Shown: one piece after another, positions 21,401 to 30,451 of the stretch
How the letters are laid out: the number at the start of each line of letters is the position of its first letter
How positions within the stretch are numbered: position 1 is the stretch's first letter
Virus record (IMG/VR): IMGVR_UViG_3300026522_000028
Coordinates: 12,181-76,180 of that record
Reading direction: 5' to 3' (one strand)
From: a virus
Lineage: Duplodnaviria > Caudoviricetes
DNA: 64,000 bases
The notes under the pieces: model-generated
What the model was told of the DNA's origin: nothing
The model's input: the letters and a program-made list of their open reading frames with translations, nothing else
Databases searched by the model: none
Translations under genes and position numbers: made by a program

Positions 21401-23183
21401 CCAACATGCCAGAGCCAATCCATGATGCGTGCGATCTGATGCGCTGTCCAAGGCTGTACACTTTACGCTCTGCACCTTCGACACCCTTCTGGAAATTCTC
21501 GTACTCCTTGCGCGTCGAAATGAGAGCGTTGCGGGTAGCGGCGAAGTTCGCAAGGTTCTTCGGCGATGGGTCTTTGAGGTACGTCGCATACAGATTTTCC
21601 GTAGCGTTCTGCAAACGATTGATTTCCTGACGGTATGACATCAGAGGAGCACTGTAGGATTTTGCATTGAGATCACCCATGCTCTTCGCATAGTTCTCAA
21701 ACGTGTTGAACCGCTCGTCATCCTTCAGCGGGTTCGCCGAAATCTTCGCCTGCAAGCCGTACTTTTCACGGAGCGCTGCGATTTCCTTTTCGAGATCGGC
21801 GAGAGCCTGTCTGCGACCATCGTATTCATCCTTTACCAGCGTCTTGCCCTTTTCGAGATCGATGTTTATCTTACGAACCAGTGCTTCATACTGCTCCGTC
21901 TTCGCAACCAAGTCAGCCTGTGCTTTTTCGAGGTCGCGGGTAGCTTTGTATTCCTGCGGAGTCTGCTGGTAGGCATTGAACTGGTAGTGGCCGTTGTCGT
22001 GAATCTTGTTCTCCAGCTCTTTTGCCTTTGGATAATTCTTCGCATACTGCAACGGAGACATCGGGGAACCCATCTCTTTTGCCATGCGGAGTTCGTAGTT
22101 CATCTTCTGCAACTGAGCGATGTAGCCAGCCGTGGCTTTCTCTTTGGCTTCGATGTCTGCCAGCTCTTGCCGACGTGCCTCTGCCTGTTCACGCATAGCT
22201 TTCTGCTGCTCCTCGAAAGCCCGCTTGTCTTCAGCGTGAGCGGTGCGTGCCTTTGCCTCAGCCTCAGCTTTCGCCAATGCCTCCGCTTCCTTCTGTGCGG
22301 CTTTCGCGGCACGCTCGGCTTCATCAGCGGCTTTCTTCTGGTTCTGTGCGATTGCCTTGGAACGAGCCTCGATGCCCTCCTGAATCTCCCTGATATTCCC
22401 GCGAACTCTACGGTTCTGCGAACCATCGTTGTCGATACCTTTGAGATAATCCGTCCAACTCTTCTCGGTCAGCAGAGACTTCTTCGTGAAGTCGGCGTCT
22501 TTCCCAAACTCTGCGAGGGCTTTCCGCGCTGCTTCGATGTCGGCAATCTGCTGCTTCCATGCGGACTGCGAAAGTTTGATGCCCTGCTCCCGCTGGCGGT
22601 TCGACGATTCCACGAGCTTGTCGTAGTTCTTCTGTGCCTCCGCGAGTCTGCCAAAGTATTCTTTCTCCTGCGATTCGAGGGAACCAGCTTTGAGTCCCTT
22701 CTTCATATCCTTGTAATAGGATTCGAGAGCACGCAGGCGAGACATTGTATATTCGATGCCGTTGACTTCAATCTTCGTAGACAGCCCATTCTTCATCATC
22801 TGCGAAAGGTTGTCAATGGCTTTCTCCGTAATACGGAGTTTTTCAGCGTAGGTCTGCAACGCAGCATTCGCACCCTTCGTTGCCACCTGAATACCCTCGA
22901 TGCCCTTCGCACCTTCCGATGCTTCCTTCGCAAGATTGCCATCGGTAATTTTCAGATTGCCCTTCGAGATTTCGCCGAGACTACTCTTCATGCCATCGAG
23001 TTCCTTACGAATCTCTCCGACTTCCTGCTTCAGCCCTGTGCTATCAAGGGAAATCTTTTCGTTCCTGATTTCCCCGATGGACTTCCGCAGACCGTCAACG
23101 TCTTTCGCGAGGGACTGAATGGTTTCCTGTGCATTCCCCTTGTTGACCTCTACGGTGTAAACAAGTTTTCTATTCTCTGCCAA
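15468..23183 (-). CDS. Tape measure protein (2571 aa) with embedded peptidoglycan-hydrolase-like segments
   Basis: Long Ala-rich helical protein with a TP901-type core; YGQMMAEGG..HNYAGI and SHDDPNHAAGKAADL segments. Confidence 0.92.
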   Translation of the reverse strand: MAENRKLVYTVEVNKGNAQETIQSLAKDVDGLRKSIGEIRNEKISLDSTGLKQEVGEIRKELDGMKSSLGEISKGNLKITDGNLAKEASEGAKGIEGIQVATKGANAALQTYAEKLRITEKAIDNLSQMMKNGLSTKIEVNGIEYTMSRLRALESYYKDMKKGLKAGSLESQEKEYFGRLAEAQKNYDKLVESSNRQREQGIKLSQSAWKQQIADIEAARKALAEFGKDADFTKKSLLTEKSWTDYLKGIDNDGSQNRRVRGNIREIQEGIEARSKAIAQNQKKAADEAERAAKAAQKEAEALAKAEAEAKARTAHAEDKRAFEEQQKAMREQAEARRQELADIEAKEKATAGYIAQLQKMNYELRMAKEMGSPMSPLQYAKNYPKAKELENKIHDNGHYQFNAYQQTPQEYKATRDLEKAQADLVAKTEQYEALVRKINIDLEKGKTLVKDEYDGRRQALADLEKEIAALREKYGLQAKISANPLKDDERFNTFENYAKSMGDLNAKSYSAPLMSYRQEINRLQNATENLYATYLKDPSPKNLANFAATRNALISTRKEYENFQKGVEGAERKVYSLGQRIRSHASWIGSGMLVGATLTIPAGILSQIAELDQQMASIRQVIPQMEANPNEAGTAKFAEEQKRMNQAMTDFIGIASKYGVATNEVMDAARSIGRMYGQGENGVKNTEIFTAQAAKMSVADAFPMLNAVKGLEAAMSQWNLQTNDSTKLMRNSQYILDIWTRTAHNGAASAQDIGEAIENAGTAAAQAGVSFDFFNALVETGVRATARSGNEIGQSIKSMMVSMQSDKAAKALKQWGIELTEVGEDGKKHMRSMEDVIMDVSLLVSTTTTDTQKLISVLSGGRYQYSKVSAILKNYKELLRMQGLLNDGNTKGFTDQQVAVQMDTISRKFQKIKEDMTQSVAAIGQGGGLNEIKYLLNTIDNVIVGINKLNESFADGQNHVKKYIDVIMGLGTAYLVLRRAVGAYERAVGAYHASENAQAAGGSGMTVWDNYRKAQRARGSVYGAGKAATDQAIIDVTNGESASKARETAAENANSGATANNSNQKRGNTAATTAASGATNNETASKTRETAAENANASATARDTATKAGNAAASRSAAAAETVEAAAARSAAGANTANAASERAAGLAAGTLGVRSRVAAAGVSALATAQRVANVALAAFGGPIGLVITAATVLVPLYLSSAEAAGEAANAEKELKDAMDQRIASAQEEAELADRQGQAAEKLAKQYNALEDKIKSGTLTTEEATKAKQHQGEIEQTVSEILGRSAVQFDENGKMNIQTIKAVAAANRGKSTEQLKQDAQQMRSEARKIRADVSATHESVKNARTRIDNMKKEAQSCKQVATAYGALWSLIAGFKAAVGNFKIKEAAELEDLANSYGDKAGDKSFLGWFGFARDSRIDGIGGPDAARAEAARLREEGLEDNENAVHMISEHGGSQHDAESIIDGAAAAIGDYTATLEDVNDDREGEAANLEKMAGDSDAAAALITGDDETDGIATSHDNGYQDPNNYTNSRTPKGKTPHTPKDDKEIYEYDTETAQASFNLGHYLSEEGVDTATMLALVKIANGLGGIDKGSLEGLTDPFQTGGENPMRSAFLLGQKYYDRKQPGMSAIDVLAALYPNADIRGQLDAYTTHLTKGDKGTSFAGYDFSTRAPKNGDDFDDENNHKVSSGYVANSHDYENGGYTSPELRKIADETAAIISEHLGGAQVNSDFLYGQMMAEGGYGAQQQQYHNYAGIGPWHQYASDEDFEKAYAYEYYADGVDGKRARALRAPTATEFVNLIDLDDNGNIASDGWNHDANQDDYARNIDMYANEGNRKAAAPVNTTGDIDATPTGVLGANYDIKWDDSDALDPEFLTKLAMFHEHFLRAAQILAGSDKDFEVTSTTGGSHDDPNHAAGKAADLVSDLFYDADFRGKMTEWAEAHGLRVYDEYDRANWTGKTTGDNYHVSDAGGAAADFSQTAKAASADFSAAGISVKGAGVQIVDAWKGTQKGLYSWNKSGIELKRQFDQLAKKLHETTQAVIEFGQKIRGNLDPQQHADAFKDARVQVAQTTQNVDFWKAAKTKTNNDLWATLHDGKHNDVLAAIGNTDFGKLSDESQNELASKAQNSKDLQQAVKNNQMAKAGYDEAFTASLKARGNYADVVGHMTQSDYVKTQMSEVDNYYNEQTMDNRMPQYKANEEAAKAKKEILDNYKKKLNENLVAAMKQTDEDLVTMGNDRIVAQKSVNAVQAEYDKQDAKVKELQAKGNPAEIEELNAVIRKRDEINNQLNTEKEHLQDIDESIEQTKNLGNVTMRNTITELHNVATETKKCDDVINDSARQLQTTITNGFHTMFSDVLLEGKSFADSFKNLWKSIGQLALNILMNRWLDPWIGGLFGHHANGGSVDKKATGGIIGYAGGGQAGGAIRGAGTGTSDSILAYLANKDKFVYLSNGEYVMTAEATKRIGKDQLDQMNYGKYAAGGAISPTPYVPQLSPIATKKAQSLTHENSNKRLEELMVDQTNTIKKMGGDRGNGGGVVILNTHASSDDVMKALAENPRAVQAILGRQRHYGFR

Positions 23184-23200
23184 AATTCATCACACTCCCA

Positions 23201-23445
23201 TCATTGATCTCCGAGGAGCGCATGAATGGCATCGTCGCCCTCCAGCACTTCTCCGCTACCAGATTCACCTTCGATATACTTGCGCTCTTCTTCCGCGTTC
23301 TCGCCGAGCCCGATGAGCAGGTCTTCAAGCTGATTGATCCGCAGCTCCTCGATGTCATGCATCGTCATGCTCGTGTTCTTCACGATGGACGCGAAGAGGT
23401 TGCGCCAATGGGTTTCCTCACCCTTCTTTACATCTGTTTTTTTTT
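23201..23445 (-). CDS. Tail assembly chaperone GT extension, reached by -1 frameshift
   Basis: Minus-strand A9 slippery run at 23437-23445 links to the -1 frame KTDVKKGEETHWRNLF. Confidence 0.75.
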
Positions 23446-23817
23446 GAAAGAGGAAAGACCAAGGAACATCAGCACGATTTCCTTTGCAATATCGAGGTCG
23501 AGCCATTCCTCAATCTGCTCCCGCGTTTCACGATGGTCGAGCGCGAGTTCGACGATTTCCATCAGGTCATCGACGAAACCGTTGTTGTAATTGATGTTGC
23601 CATCGGCATCGCGCTCCACCTCGCCATCTTCATCGAGGACAGGGGCCAGCATGTAGAGCCCGAAGGTGTCCGCGTTGTATTTCTCCGTGAAGTCCGTGAT
23701 GGTCTGCAAGTCTTTGAAGCATGCGCTGTAGATGCGATGCTTCTTACCGTTGCGGTCGCGGATAGTCTCGTAGAGTGTCAGCGTATTCTCGTTGTTATCA
23801 TCAGTTTTCTTTGCCAT
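23428..23817 (-). CDS. Tail assembly chaperone G
   Basis: Lies between major tail and TMP; ends FKKKQM over the slippery site. Confidence 0.8.
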   Translation of the reverse strand: MAKKTDDNNENTLTLYETIRDRNGKKHRIYSACFKDLQTITDFTEKYNADTFGLYMLAPVLDEDGEVERDADGNINYNNGFVDDLMEIVELALDHRETREQIEEWLDLDIAKEIVLMFLGLSSFKKKQM

Positions 23818-23838
23818 GTTATCGTACCTCCAATTCTG

Positions 23839-23915
23839 TACCGTTATACCTCTATACCTCTATAACGTCATACCTCTATGGAGGTATGGAGGTATAACGG
23901 TATAAACCGTTATAC
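23839..23915. repeat. 8-bp-period ATAGAGGT/ATAACGGT array in direct and inverted orientation
   Basis: taccgttatacctctatacctctataacgtcatacctctatggaggtatggaggtataacggtataaaccgttatac. Confidence 0.85.
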
Positions 23916-23943
23916 TAAAAAAAGAGGGAGCCGCAGCCCCCTC
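23916..23943 (-). terminator. Intrinsic terminator after the major tail gene
   Basis: GC-rich GAGGG...CCCTC hairpin followed by T7 on the minus strand. Confidence 0.75.
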
Positions 23944-23955
23944 AGTTTTCAAATG

Positions 23956-24699
23956 TCAGTCAGCAAGGCGCGTGATCGTGATAACCGCGAAATCGTCCTT
24001 GCCATCGCCCGGGTCGAGAATGTTGACCGTGAGCTCCGGCGTCGATGCCTTGTCACGAGCCGTGTCGATGGAGAACTTACCATCGCTGCGGACGCGGCGT
24101 GCATAGAGGTCAATCTGGTACTTGTGACCTTCGCTGTCCTCCGTGATGAAGAACCAGTTGAACGTAGCAACCTCCGGCATAGCGTTCTTCAGCATCGATG
24201 CCTGAACCGCGTTCGTATCGTCAGCCTTGTACCAGACACGATACTCACCATCGGCAGCATCCGTAGCAAACGTGAGCTTGCCCGTAGCATCGACCGTGAG
24301 CTTGCCCGTAGCCTGACCATCCGGGCCAACGACCGTGATGACTTCGACGCCCGTCATCGTTGCGCCAGCGATGAGCTCCGTGTCCGTCTTCTTGACGATG
24401 ACGCGACCCGTGCGCTTGTTACCCGTGAAGGAGAGGTTCGTACCCTGCGAAACCGCAAGCTGCGAGAGCTTGAACTCTGCATTCGTAATCTTCACAGAGC
24501 CCTCCTTCTTGGAGATGTAGGTGTAGAGCGGGAACAGGGAGTCACCACCGTACTGCTCCTCGGACGTAGCGTTGACCTCCATCTTCATGGACTGGGACGT
24601 TTCCATTTCAAGAATCTTGCCAGACACAGTTTCGAGCACACCCTTGCCGATGCCGTGCAGGAGAAGACCCTTGTTGACAATGTTGTCTGCGATTGCCAT
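23956..24699 (-). CDS. Major tail protein
   Basis: Position between tail terminator and chaperones; beta-rich, 247 aa. Confidence 0.8.
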   Translation of the reverse strand: MAIADNIVNKGLLLHGIGKGVLETVSGKILEMETSQSMKMEVNATSEEQYGGDSLFPLYTYISKKEGSVKITNAEFKLSQLAVSQGTNLSFTGNKRTGRVIVKKTDTELIAGATMTGVEVITVVGPDGQATGKLTVDATGKLTFATDAADGEYRVWYKADDTNAVQASMLKNAMPEVATFNWFFITEDSEGHKYQIDLYARRVRSDGKFSIDTARDKASTPELTVNILDPGDGKDDFAVITITRLAD

Positions 24700-24717
24700 T
24701 TCACATCATTCCTTTCT

Positions 24718-25119
24718 TTACGATAAAATCAGCGGAGTGAACTCCAGCCGATATTTGTAAACATCTTTGATACCGCTGATCCGCTGACCCTCGGCGCGAA
24801 TGCGTTCATCGAAGGTGTCATGAATCAGCTCTACGATTCTTCGACGGATAGCCGTCGTATTATCACGGGAGTCCGCGTAGATGTCAATCCGCAGAATCCC
24901 GAGGTTCATAAAATCATTCTTCGTTGTGTTAGCGTCCGCGAAGTAGAACGCGATGCACGGGAGGTTGTCTGCATCGAACTCGTCGGCATCACGGTCACGT
25001 TCGCGGAACTTGTCAGCGTATGACGCATCGTCCGTCGTGTCTACGCCGAGCAACGTCGTAAGTTCCGAGTCATTCGTGAAGATGTCCCAGAGCTTATCGA
25101 TGAACTCATAAGAAGTCAT
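24718..25119 (-). CDS. Tail terminator/completion protein
   Basis: LRIDIYA and YKYRLEF motifs; synteny. Confidence 0.6.
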   Translation of the reverse strand: MTSYEFIDKLWDIFTNDSELTTLLGVDTTDDASYADKFRERDRDADEFDADNLPCIAFYFADANTTKNDFMNLGILRIDIYADSRDNTTAIRRRIVELIHDTFDERIRAEGQRISGIKDVYKYRLEFTPLILS

Positions 25120-25676
25120 AGCATCGCCCCCGTCATTGCGCGGTCAATCTCTGCGTCAACAGAATCGAGAATCGCGTCTTCCATCATCTTGTTTATCGCC
25201 GTGTCTCCCATGATAATCTGTTTCATCACATGCAGCGGCTCGATAGCTTTGTAGTCCTTATGGAAGTGCCATTGTGATTCCTCGATGTTGATACCATGCG
25301 GCATCCCGACACCAGAACCGTGATGCGGAACGTTGTCGAGGTCTTTGTACATCGGCAACTTCGGGCGCGTTCGAATCTCTGTTCCTTCGCGTTCGTTGTT
25401 CCAATACTCGCTATGCTTATACGCAGGGAGGTCTGGGTTCTCGTTTGCGTCATCCATCTTGGAGCCAGAACCATGCTCCAGCAGCCATGCTTTCTGCCCA
25501 GATGCCTCATAGGTAGCAACGCTCTTGTCATTGTCATACGACAGGTGCGTCTCCAACTTTGCTTTGCCATCTACGTCATTGGCATTCCATTCATTTCGAA
25601 TGTCTTTACTATTGAGCTGCATCGCTTTCCGAAGGACACCGTTGATGTCTCCATTGAAATTCCGAAGGAAACTCAT
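25116..25676 (-). CDS. Neck / tail completion protein
   Basis: AWLLEHGSGS motif (HK97 gp10-like); synteny. Confidence 0.55.
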   Translation of the reverse strand: MSFLRNFNGDINGVLRKAMQLNSKDIRNEWNANDVDGKAKLETHLSYDNDKSVATYEASGQKAWLLEHGSGSKMDDANENPDLPAYKHSEYWNNEREGTEIRTRPKLPMYKDLDNVPHHGSGVGMPHGINIEESQWHFHKDYKAIEPLHVMKQIIMGDTAINKMMEDAILDSVDAEIDRAMTGAML

Positions 25677-26233
25677 TTCCGATTGTCCTCCGATACCTGC
25701 ACGTCGAGGAGATCGACGTACTTCGCCGTGTCAATGTTGGTGACTTTGTAGTTCCTGCCATTGAGCACGATGCGGTCGAGCAGGTCGATGGGGATGCTCG
25801 GCTGGACGATGAACTTCTTCACAGTGGTCTGGAGCAGGCCAGCGTCGTACTGGCGCATCGCTGCATTGATGTCCTCGAAATACGTAGGGACACCAGAGGC
25901 AACTGTCTGCGTGGTGACGCCGACCTTCTTGTGATTCACATAGTTATCGACGAACTTCACCACATCGATGCTGCCATTGATGCGCTTGCCCTGCATCTGC
26001 GTGCAATCCGCAGAATGCTGCTTCGCGATGATGACGAACTTCTCGCCAGTCGCAGAGCGCTCAATGATTTCACCGTTCTGGATGTCCGTGTCGTTCTCCG
26101 TCACAATGACCTTGCCATCGGCAATCGTCTTCGGGGACATCGACTTGCCGCGACGGAGCAGCAGGCACTTCTCTGTCTTATCGCGGAACTTGATGTCTTC
26201 CATGCGATCCGCGTAGAATCCGAGGACATTCAT
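25673..26233 (-). CDS. Head closure / head-tail adaptor
   Basis: LDRIVLNGRNYKVTNID; synteny. Confidence 0.6.
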   Translation of the reverse strand: MNVLGFYADRMEDIKFRDKTEKCLLLRRGKSMSPKTIADGKVIVTENDTDIQNGEIIERSATGEKFVIIAKQHSADCTQMQGKRINGSIDVVKFVDNYVNHKKVGVTTQTVASGVPTYFEDINAAMRQYDAGLLQTTVKKFIVQPSIPIDLLDRIVLNGRNYKVTNIDTAKYVDLLDVQVSEDNRK

Positions 26234-26796
26234 TGTACCCGTACCCCGTCGAGAATCTGCTTCACTTCGCTCGTCATGACGCCCTCGTTGCCGAGCGTGA
26301 CCTTGATGTCATAGTCATCGCGGGACTTCCAGCGAAGCACGCCACCCATTTCTTTGATGTTGCACGCGAGGATTCCGCAGGCCCTCTTGACGGCCTCTGG
26401 AATTACATCGTACCCACTCTTGTATGTTACCGTGAGCACCTTCGGAATCTCGCGAAACATCATCTTCGTCGGCATGTAGAAGCTGAAGTACACCGAATCG
26501 GGACTATCGAACTCCAAGCAGTCAGCGTCGAACTTCGATTCCATCTTCCCAAACGGTGTCAAGGTTTTTGCCTTGACATCCGTAACCTCGATGCGAGGCA
26601 AATGAATGAGCTTGCCGCGCACCTCCGTGTCACGACGCTTGCACCGCAGCTCCACGCGCTCGGTGTGTTCGCGAGGTTCGAGGCTGCATCCCTTGTACGC
26701 ATCAATGAGTGCGCTGGCTGCTTCCACCTGCGTCATCGTCACATCTGCTGCGAGTCCACAGTATTCTGGGATTTCAGCTGCGGTCAGATATATCAT
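26230..26796 (-). CDS. Head-tail connector
   Basis: ASALIDAYKG and VTYKSGY..IPEAVKRAC motifs. Confidence 0.75.
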   Translation of the reverse strand: MIYLTAAEIPEYCGLAADVTMTQVEAASALIDAYKGCSLEPREHTERVELRCKRRDTEVRGKLIHLPRIEVTDVKAKTLTPFGKMESKFDADCLEFDSPDSVYFSFYMPTKMMFREIPKVLTVTYKSGYDVIPEAVKRACGILACNIKEMGGVLRWKSRDDYDIKVTLGNEGVMTSEVKQILDGVRVQ

Positions 26797-26984
26797 TTCA
26801 GATACCCGTTCTCCTTCAGGTACTTCGCCGTTTCAGGGGAAACCTTGACCTTGCTATCGGTAATCTTCAATTCCACACCACCGATGAGGAACGAACGACA
26901 GTTCTTAAATTCATCTGCGACTGCCACCTCTGCAATAGCAGAGGCAGCACCGCCGCTATCAGTCTGTGCTTTGCGTGCTGCCAT
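26793..26984 (-). CDS. Small head-associated protein
   Basis: 63-aa ORF after capsid with RBS GGAGG. Confidence 0.55.
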   Translation of the reverse strand: MAARKAQTDSGGAASAIAEVAVADEFKNCRSFLIGGVELKITDSKVKVSPETAKYLKENGYLK

Positions 26985-26999
26985 AGTTATTACCTCCTA

Positions 27000-28082
27000 T
27001 CAGCCCTTTGCTGCCTTTGCACCAGACGGCGTAACCTTCTTCGTGAGGATGAAGTGTGCGCCCGTCTGTGCGCCGTGAACGATGTAGTTGCTGAAGTCCA
27101 TAACGAACTTGTCCGTGAGGAGACGGTCGTTAGCCAGCGGCGTATCCGGGTTCGCGATCTCGAAGACCTTCGGGCCATCGTCAAACATCCAGATACGGTC
27201 GATCATCGAGGAGTTGAGTGCGACGATCTTGTGCGTGACAGAACCATCATCAGCGACCTCGGGCTTGATGAACGGCGTGAGCATGATCGGGAGAACACCC
27301 ATCGGCGTGTAGAAACCCGTGACCTTGACGCCCGGAAGAATCTCTGCGTCAATCGGACGGACATAGAGCTTGCGCTCCTGCTCCTCTTTGACGAGCACGT
27401 CATACGTTGCCGGGTTCATCGCGAGGACATCAGGATATGCGGAGTAATCGAGGCGGGCCATCATGTTCGCGATCTTCGTGTTGAGGGCATCGGAGATCGT
27501 CGTGCCGTCAGCGATGGCCGTGACATCCGTGATCTGCGAAAGAACGCCGCTGTACTCGAAGGAAGTCGTATCATTGAGCTTGCTCTTGCCGTTCCAGAAG
27601 TCGTTGCACGTCTTGCGCGTGAAGTCCGTGAACATATCGTTGTAGTCCTTAGCCGTGAGGTCTTCGAACGTACCATAGTTCTCTTCCACGCGGCGCGTGA
27701 AGTAGTCGTAGCGGATACCCGTGATGTAGCAACGGACGAACGCCTGCTTCCAGTTGTCGCGCTTGTAGTCGTTGTTCAGCGTCTTCGGGCGATAGGACGG
27801 AGCGTCAGCCGTACCGAAGCCAACACGCGGGTCAACGGCCTTCGTGTTCTCCGGGATTGCAAGCTGCTCGTTCCATGTATGCGGATAACCCGATGCACGA
27901 ACGCTGTTGACCTTCAGGCCGATAGCGAAGTCGCGCTTCAGATAATCGTGGAGGATATGGTCGTAGTCACCAACAACGAGCATGTGGTCTTCATTGTAGA
28001 CCGTAACGGGGTTTCCTGCTGCCGCGAGGGGCATACCATTCTGACCTGTCTGAAGTGCAGCGCTAAATTTCTGTCTTGCCAT
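27000..28082 (-). CDS. Major capsid protein
   Basis: 360 aa after the scaffold; DVLAMNPATYDVL...FYTPMGVLPI is consistent with an HK97 fold. Confidence 0.8.
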   Translation of the reverse strand: MARQKFSAALQTGQNGMPLAAAGNPVTVYNEDHMLVVGDYDHILHDYLKRDFAIGLKVNSVRASGYPHTWNEQLAIPENTKAVDPRVGFGTADAPSYRPKTLNNDYKRDNWKQAFVRCYITGIRYDYFTRRVEENYGTFEDLTAKDYNDMFTDFTRKTCNDFWNGKSKLNDTTSFEYSGVLSQITDVTAIADGTTISDALNTKIANMMARLDYSAYPDVLAMNPATYDVLVKEEQERKLYVRPIDAEILPGVKVTGFYTPMGVLPIMLTPFIKPEVADDGSVTHKIVALNSSMIDRIWMFDDGPKVFEIANPDTPLANDRLLTDKFVMDFSNYIVHGAQTGAHFILTKKVTPSGAKAAKG

Positions 28083-28104
28083 GATTCACATCATCCTTTC
28101 AAAA

Positions 28105-29142
28105 TTAGTCCGCGTAGCGAACCTTCGTGATTTCCTTGATCTTCTCTGCGAGGCTCATGTTCGTCGATGCCTTGATCTCGTCGAGCTTCTTCTGCTTCTC
28201 GTCACCAGCGGAAAGAACCGGGTTCTCTTCGACGTGCTGGCCTGCTTTCGGCATCGGAATCTCCTCGGCCTCAGCCTCAACCTTTTCCTCGGCTTTCGCA
28301 GCTTCAACAACCTGCTCCTCAGCTTCAGCCTCGGCCTCAGCCTTTGCAGACTCCTGCGCAGCCTTGACTTCCTCGATGGAAGCCTTGACCTCACCAATCG
28401 TTTCATCGACGGCCTTGCCAGCTTCCTCAGCAGAAGCCTTGACCTCTTTGACACTCTTCACGATTTCTTCCTGTGCCGCCTCGATCTTGCTGATACGCTC
28501 ATCGATGCCAGCCTGAACCGTCTCCTGCACCTTCGTGCAAATTTCTTTGATGAATGCTTCTTTCTCTTCGTTCGTCATATCATTACCACTCCGTTTCTCC
28601 TTTGCTGCCGCAAGGCTTTCAATGAACGTATCGCTGAAAGCCGCGCAGTTCTGCCAGAGGATTGCACAACCGCAACCCTCAAACTCATCCATGTAAATGT
28701 TCTGCTCATCCTCGTGGGTCTTTGTCGGATACCATTCGACAGAGAAGCCAAGCGCATCCATGCCATTCATAATCATGAACGCCTCATCGGGGAACTTCTC
28801 TTTCCACACAACCATCTCGGCCATCAGGTTTTCGCCCTCGGCTTTCACGCTGCGGATATAGCCGATGTTCGTGTCGCCGTGATTCGTGAACATCTCCGTG
28901 CCGTCAGCGAACAAGCCCTCGGGGTACGTGCAGTTCAGCGGCATGCCAACGAAACTATCAGCGCACGCCTCGATAGACTCCGGCGTGAACACCGCAAGCT
29001 TTCCATCGGCTCCGCACGGTGCGCCCGTGGACGGCTGTCCAATCTTCGTAATGCACCCGCGAATCACCATCTTGTGAGCCTCGGTAGACATCGAAATGTC
29101 AGAGAGAGCGCATTCGATTTTCTGTTTATCCATCGTCCTCAC
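28105..29142 (-). CDS. Prohead protease fused to scaffold
   Basis: N-terminal IGYI..V and LGFSVE; C-terminal acidic coiled coil. Confidence 0.75.
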   Translation of the reverse strand: MRTMDKQKIECALSDISMSTEAHKMVIRGCITKIGQPSTGAPCGADGKLAVFTPESIEACADSFVGMPLNCTYPEGLFADGTEMFTNHGDTNIGYIRSVKAEGENLMAEMVVWKEKFPDEAFMIMNGMDALGFSVEWYPTKTHEDEQNIYMDEFEGCGCAILWQNCAAFSDTFIESLAAAKEKRSGNDMTNEEKEAFIKEICTKVQETVQAGIDERISKIEAAQEEIVKSVKEVKASAEEAGKAVDETIGEVKASIEEVKAAQESAKAEAEAEAEEQVVEAAKAEEKVEAEAEEIPMPKAGQHVEENPVLSAGDEKQKKLDEIKASTNMSLAEKIKEITKVRYAD

Positions 29143-30442
29143 CTCCCTCTTTCGATGTGTCCTTCATATTGCCGTTCCCATTGAAGCCCCCAGCGATGCC
29201 GAGGTCGGTGTTAATTCGAGCCGTCTTCTCTGGGTACGTCATATTGGCATACGGCGAATCGCTCAAGTTGTATCCCATCTCGTTCCTCACTTCGTTCTCC
29301 GTAATCGCGCCTTTGTAGTATTCGTTCATCACACGAGACGATTTCTTAGACTTCTGCGCTTCGGAGTCTTCGAGGAGATAGTGGAATTTCAGAACGCCGC
29401 CGAGTCCCATATTGGCAATCACGTAGTTATTCACGAGGTCTTCGAGCATACCCGCGTATGGCTTGATAAGCTCCTGCACCATCGCGTTCTCCTGATCTTC
29501 ACCCGTGCTGCGGTCGTTAGACATGACGAGGCCGAGCTTTTCATGAGGAAGACCAAAGGCAACACCGACAATCTGCGTGAGCTTGTCGAGCCAGTTGATG
29601 TACAGGCCATCGCTATTGATAGCTTTGATCTGCTTCGTCTCCACCGACTTGCTGCCAGCGGCAACAGGGATATGCCCAGTACCTTCGATTTCTTCTTCCA
29701 TGTACTCGCAGAACTTCTGACGCTGCTCCTCGGTCACACCTTCGCCGAGGGAAATCAGGAACTCTGCCGTGGCATTCGTCGCACGGTCATTCGCCTGCTC
29801 CACACCTTCGAGGTAGTAGCGCACGTACTGGTAAGCCATCATAATCGGCGATAAGCCGTAGGGCTGATACGTGAAATAGTTCCGCTGGAGATACGCAACG
29901 TCTTTCGCCGTGAAGTAGTGCATGCCATCGCTCTGCATCTGCATGTACCGTGCAGCATCGGGATCGGTGTAGTCATAGGGAACCACCATCTGAATCGTCG
30001 AGCCATCGACGGGATACAGATAAATCGAGCGGTTCTTCGAGCGCGTCGTTGCTACCTCGCAGCACATCGCGTCGAGCACCATCGCATCATCGATGAGTCG
30101 CTTCGTGAAACTCTCGCGGCTATCCACGAGGTTCGGATTCTCGATGACACGCTGGATTGCATTGATTTCCCGCGTGTACTTCTTGCGTCCCGTGCCGATG
30201 ACTTCGATGACATAGTTCTGCCGAGCAAGCGCATCCTGCACGATGGTAATCGCACGACGCACAATCGGGTCACGCGAGAAGTTGCGGAGCTGTTTCACAG
30301 TCGGAGTCTTCGGAAGTACCGACTTCTTCTTCTTGCCACCCTTCGGAATCCAGTACGTATACGACTGGTTCGGAAGTAGTTTATTGAGAGGGCTTTTCGC
30401 AGCCATGAATTTCTTTACTGATTCAAACACTTTCGTTGTCAC
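29126..30442 (-). CDS. Portal protein
   Basis: LYPVDGSTI, YGLSPI, IVGVAFGLP..LG motifs. Confidence 0.88.
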   Translation of the reverse strand: MTTKVFESVKKFMAAKSPLNKLLPNQSYTYWIPKGGKKKKSVLPKTPTVKQLRNFSRDPIVRRAITIVQDALARQNYVIEVIGTGRKKYTREINAIQRVIENPNLVDSRESFTKRLIDDAMVLDAMCCEVATTRSKNRSIYLYPVDGSTIQMVVPYDYTDPDAARYMQMQSDGMHYFTAKDVAYLQRNYFTYQPYGLSPIMMAYQYVRYYLEGVEQANDRATNATAEFLISLGEGVTEEQRQKFCEYMEEEIEGTGHIPVAAGSKSVETKQIKAINSDGLYINWLDKLTQIVGVAFGLPHEKLGLVMSNDRSTGEDQENAMVQELIKPYAGMLEDLVNNYVIANMGLGGVLKFHYLLEDSEAQKSKKSSRVMNEYYKGAITENEVRNEMGYNLSDSPYANMTYPEKTARINTDLGIAGGFNGNGNMKDTSKEGGEDDG

Positions 30443-30451
30443 CCCCTGTCA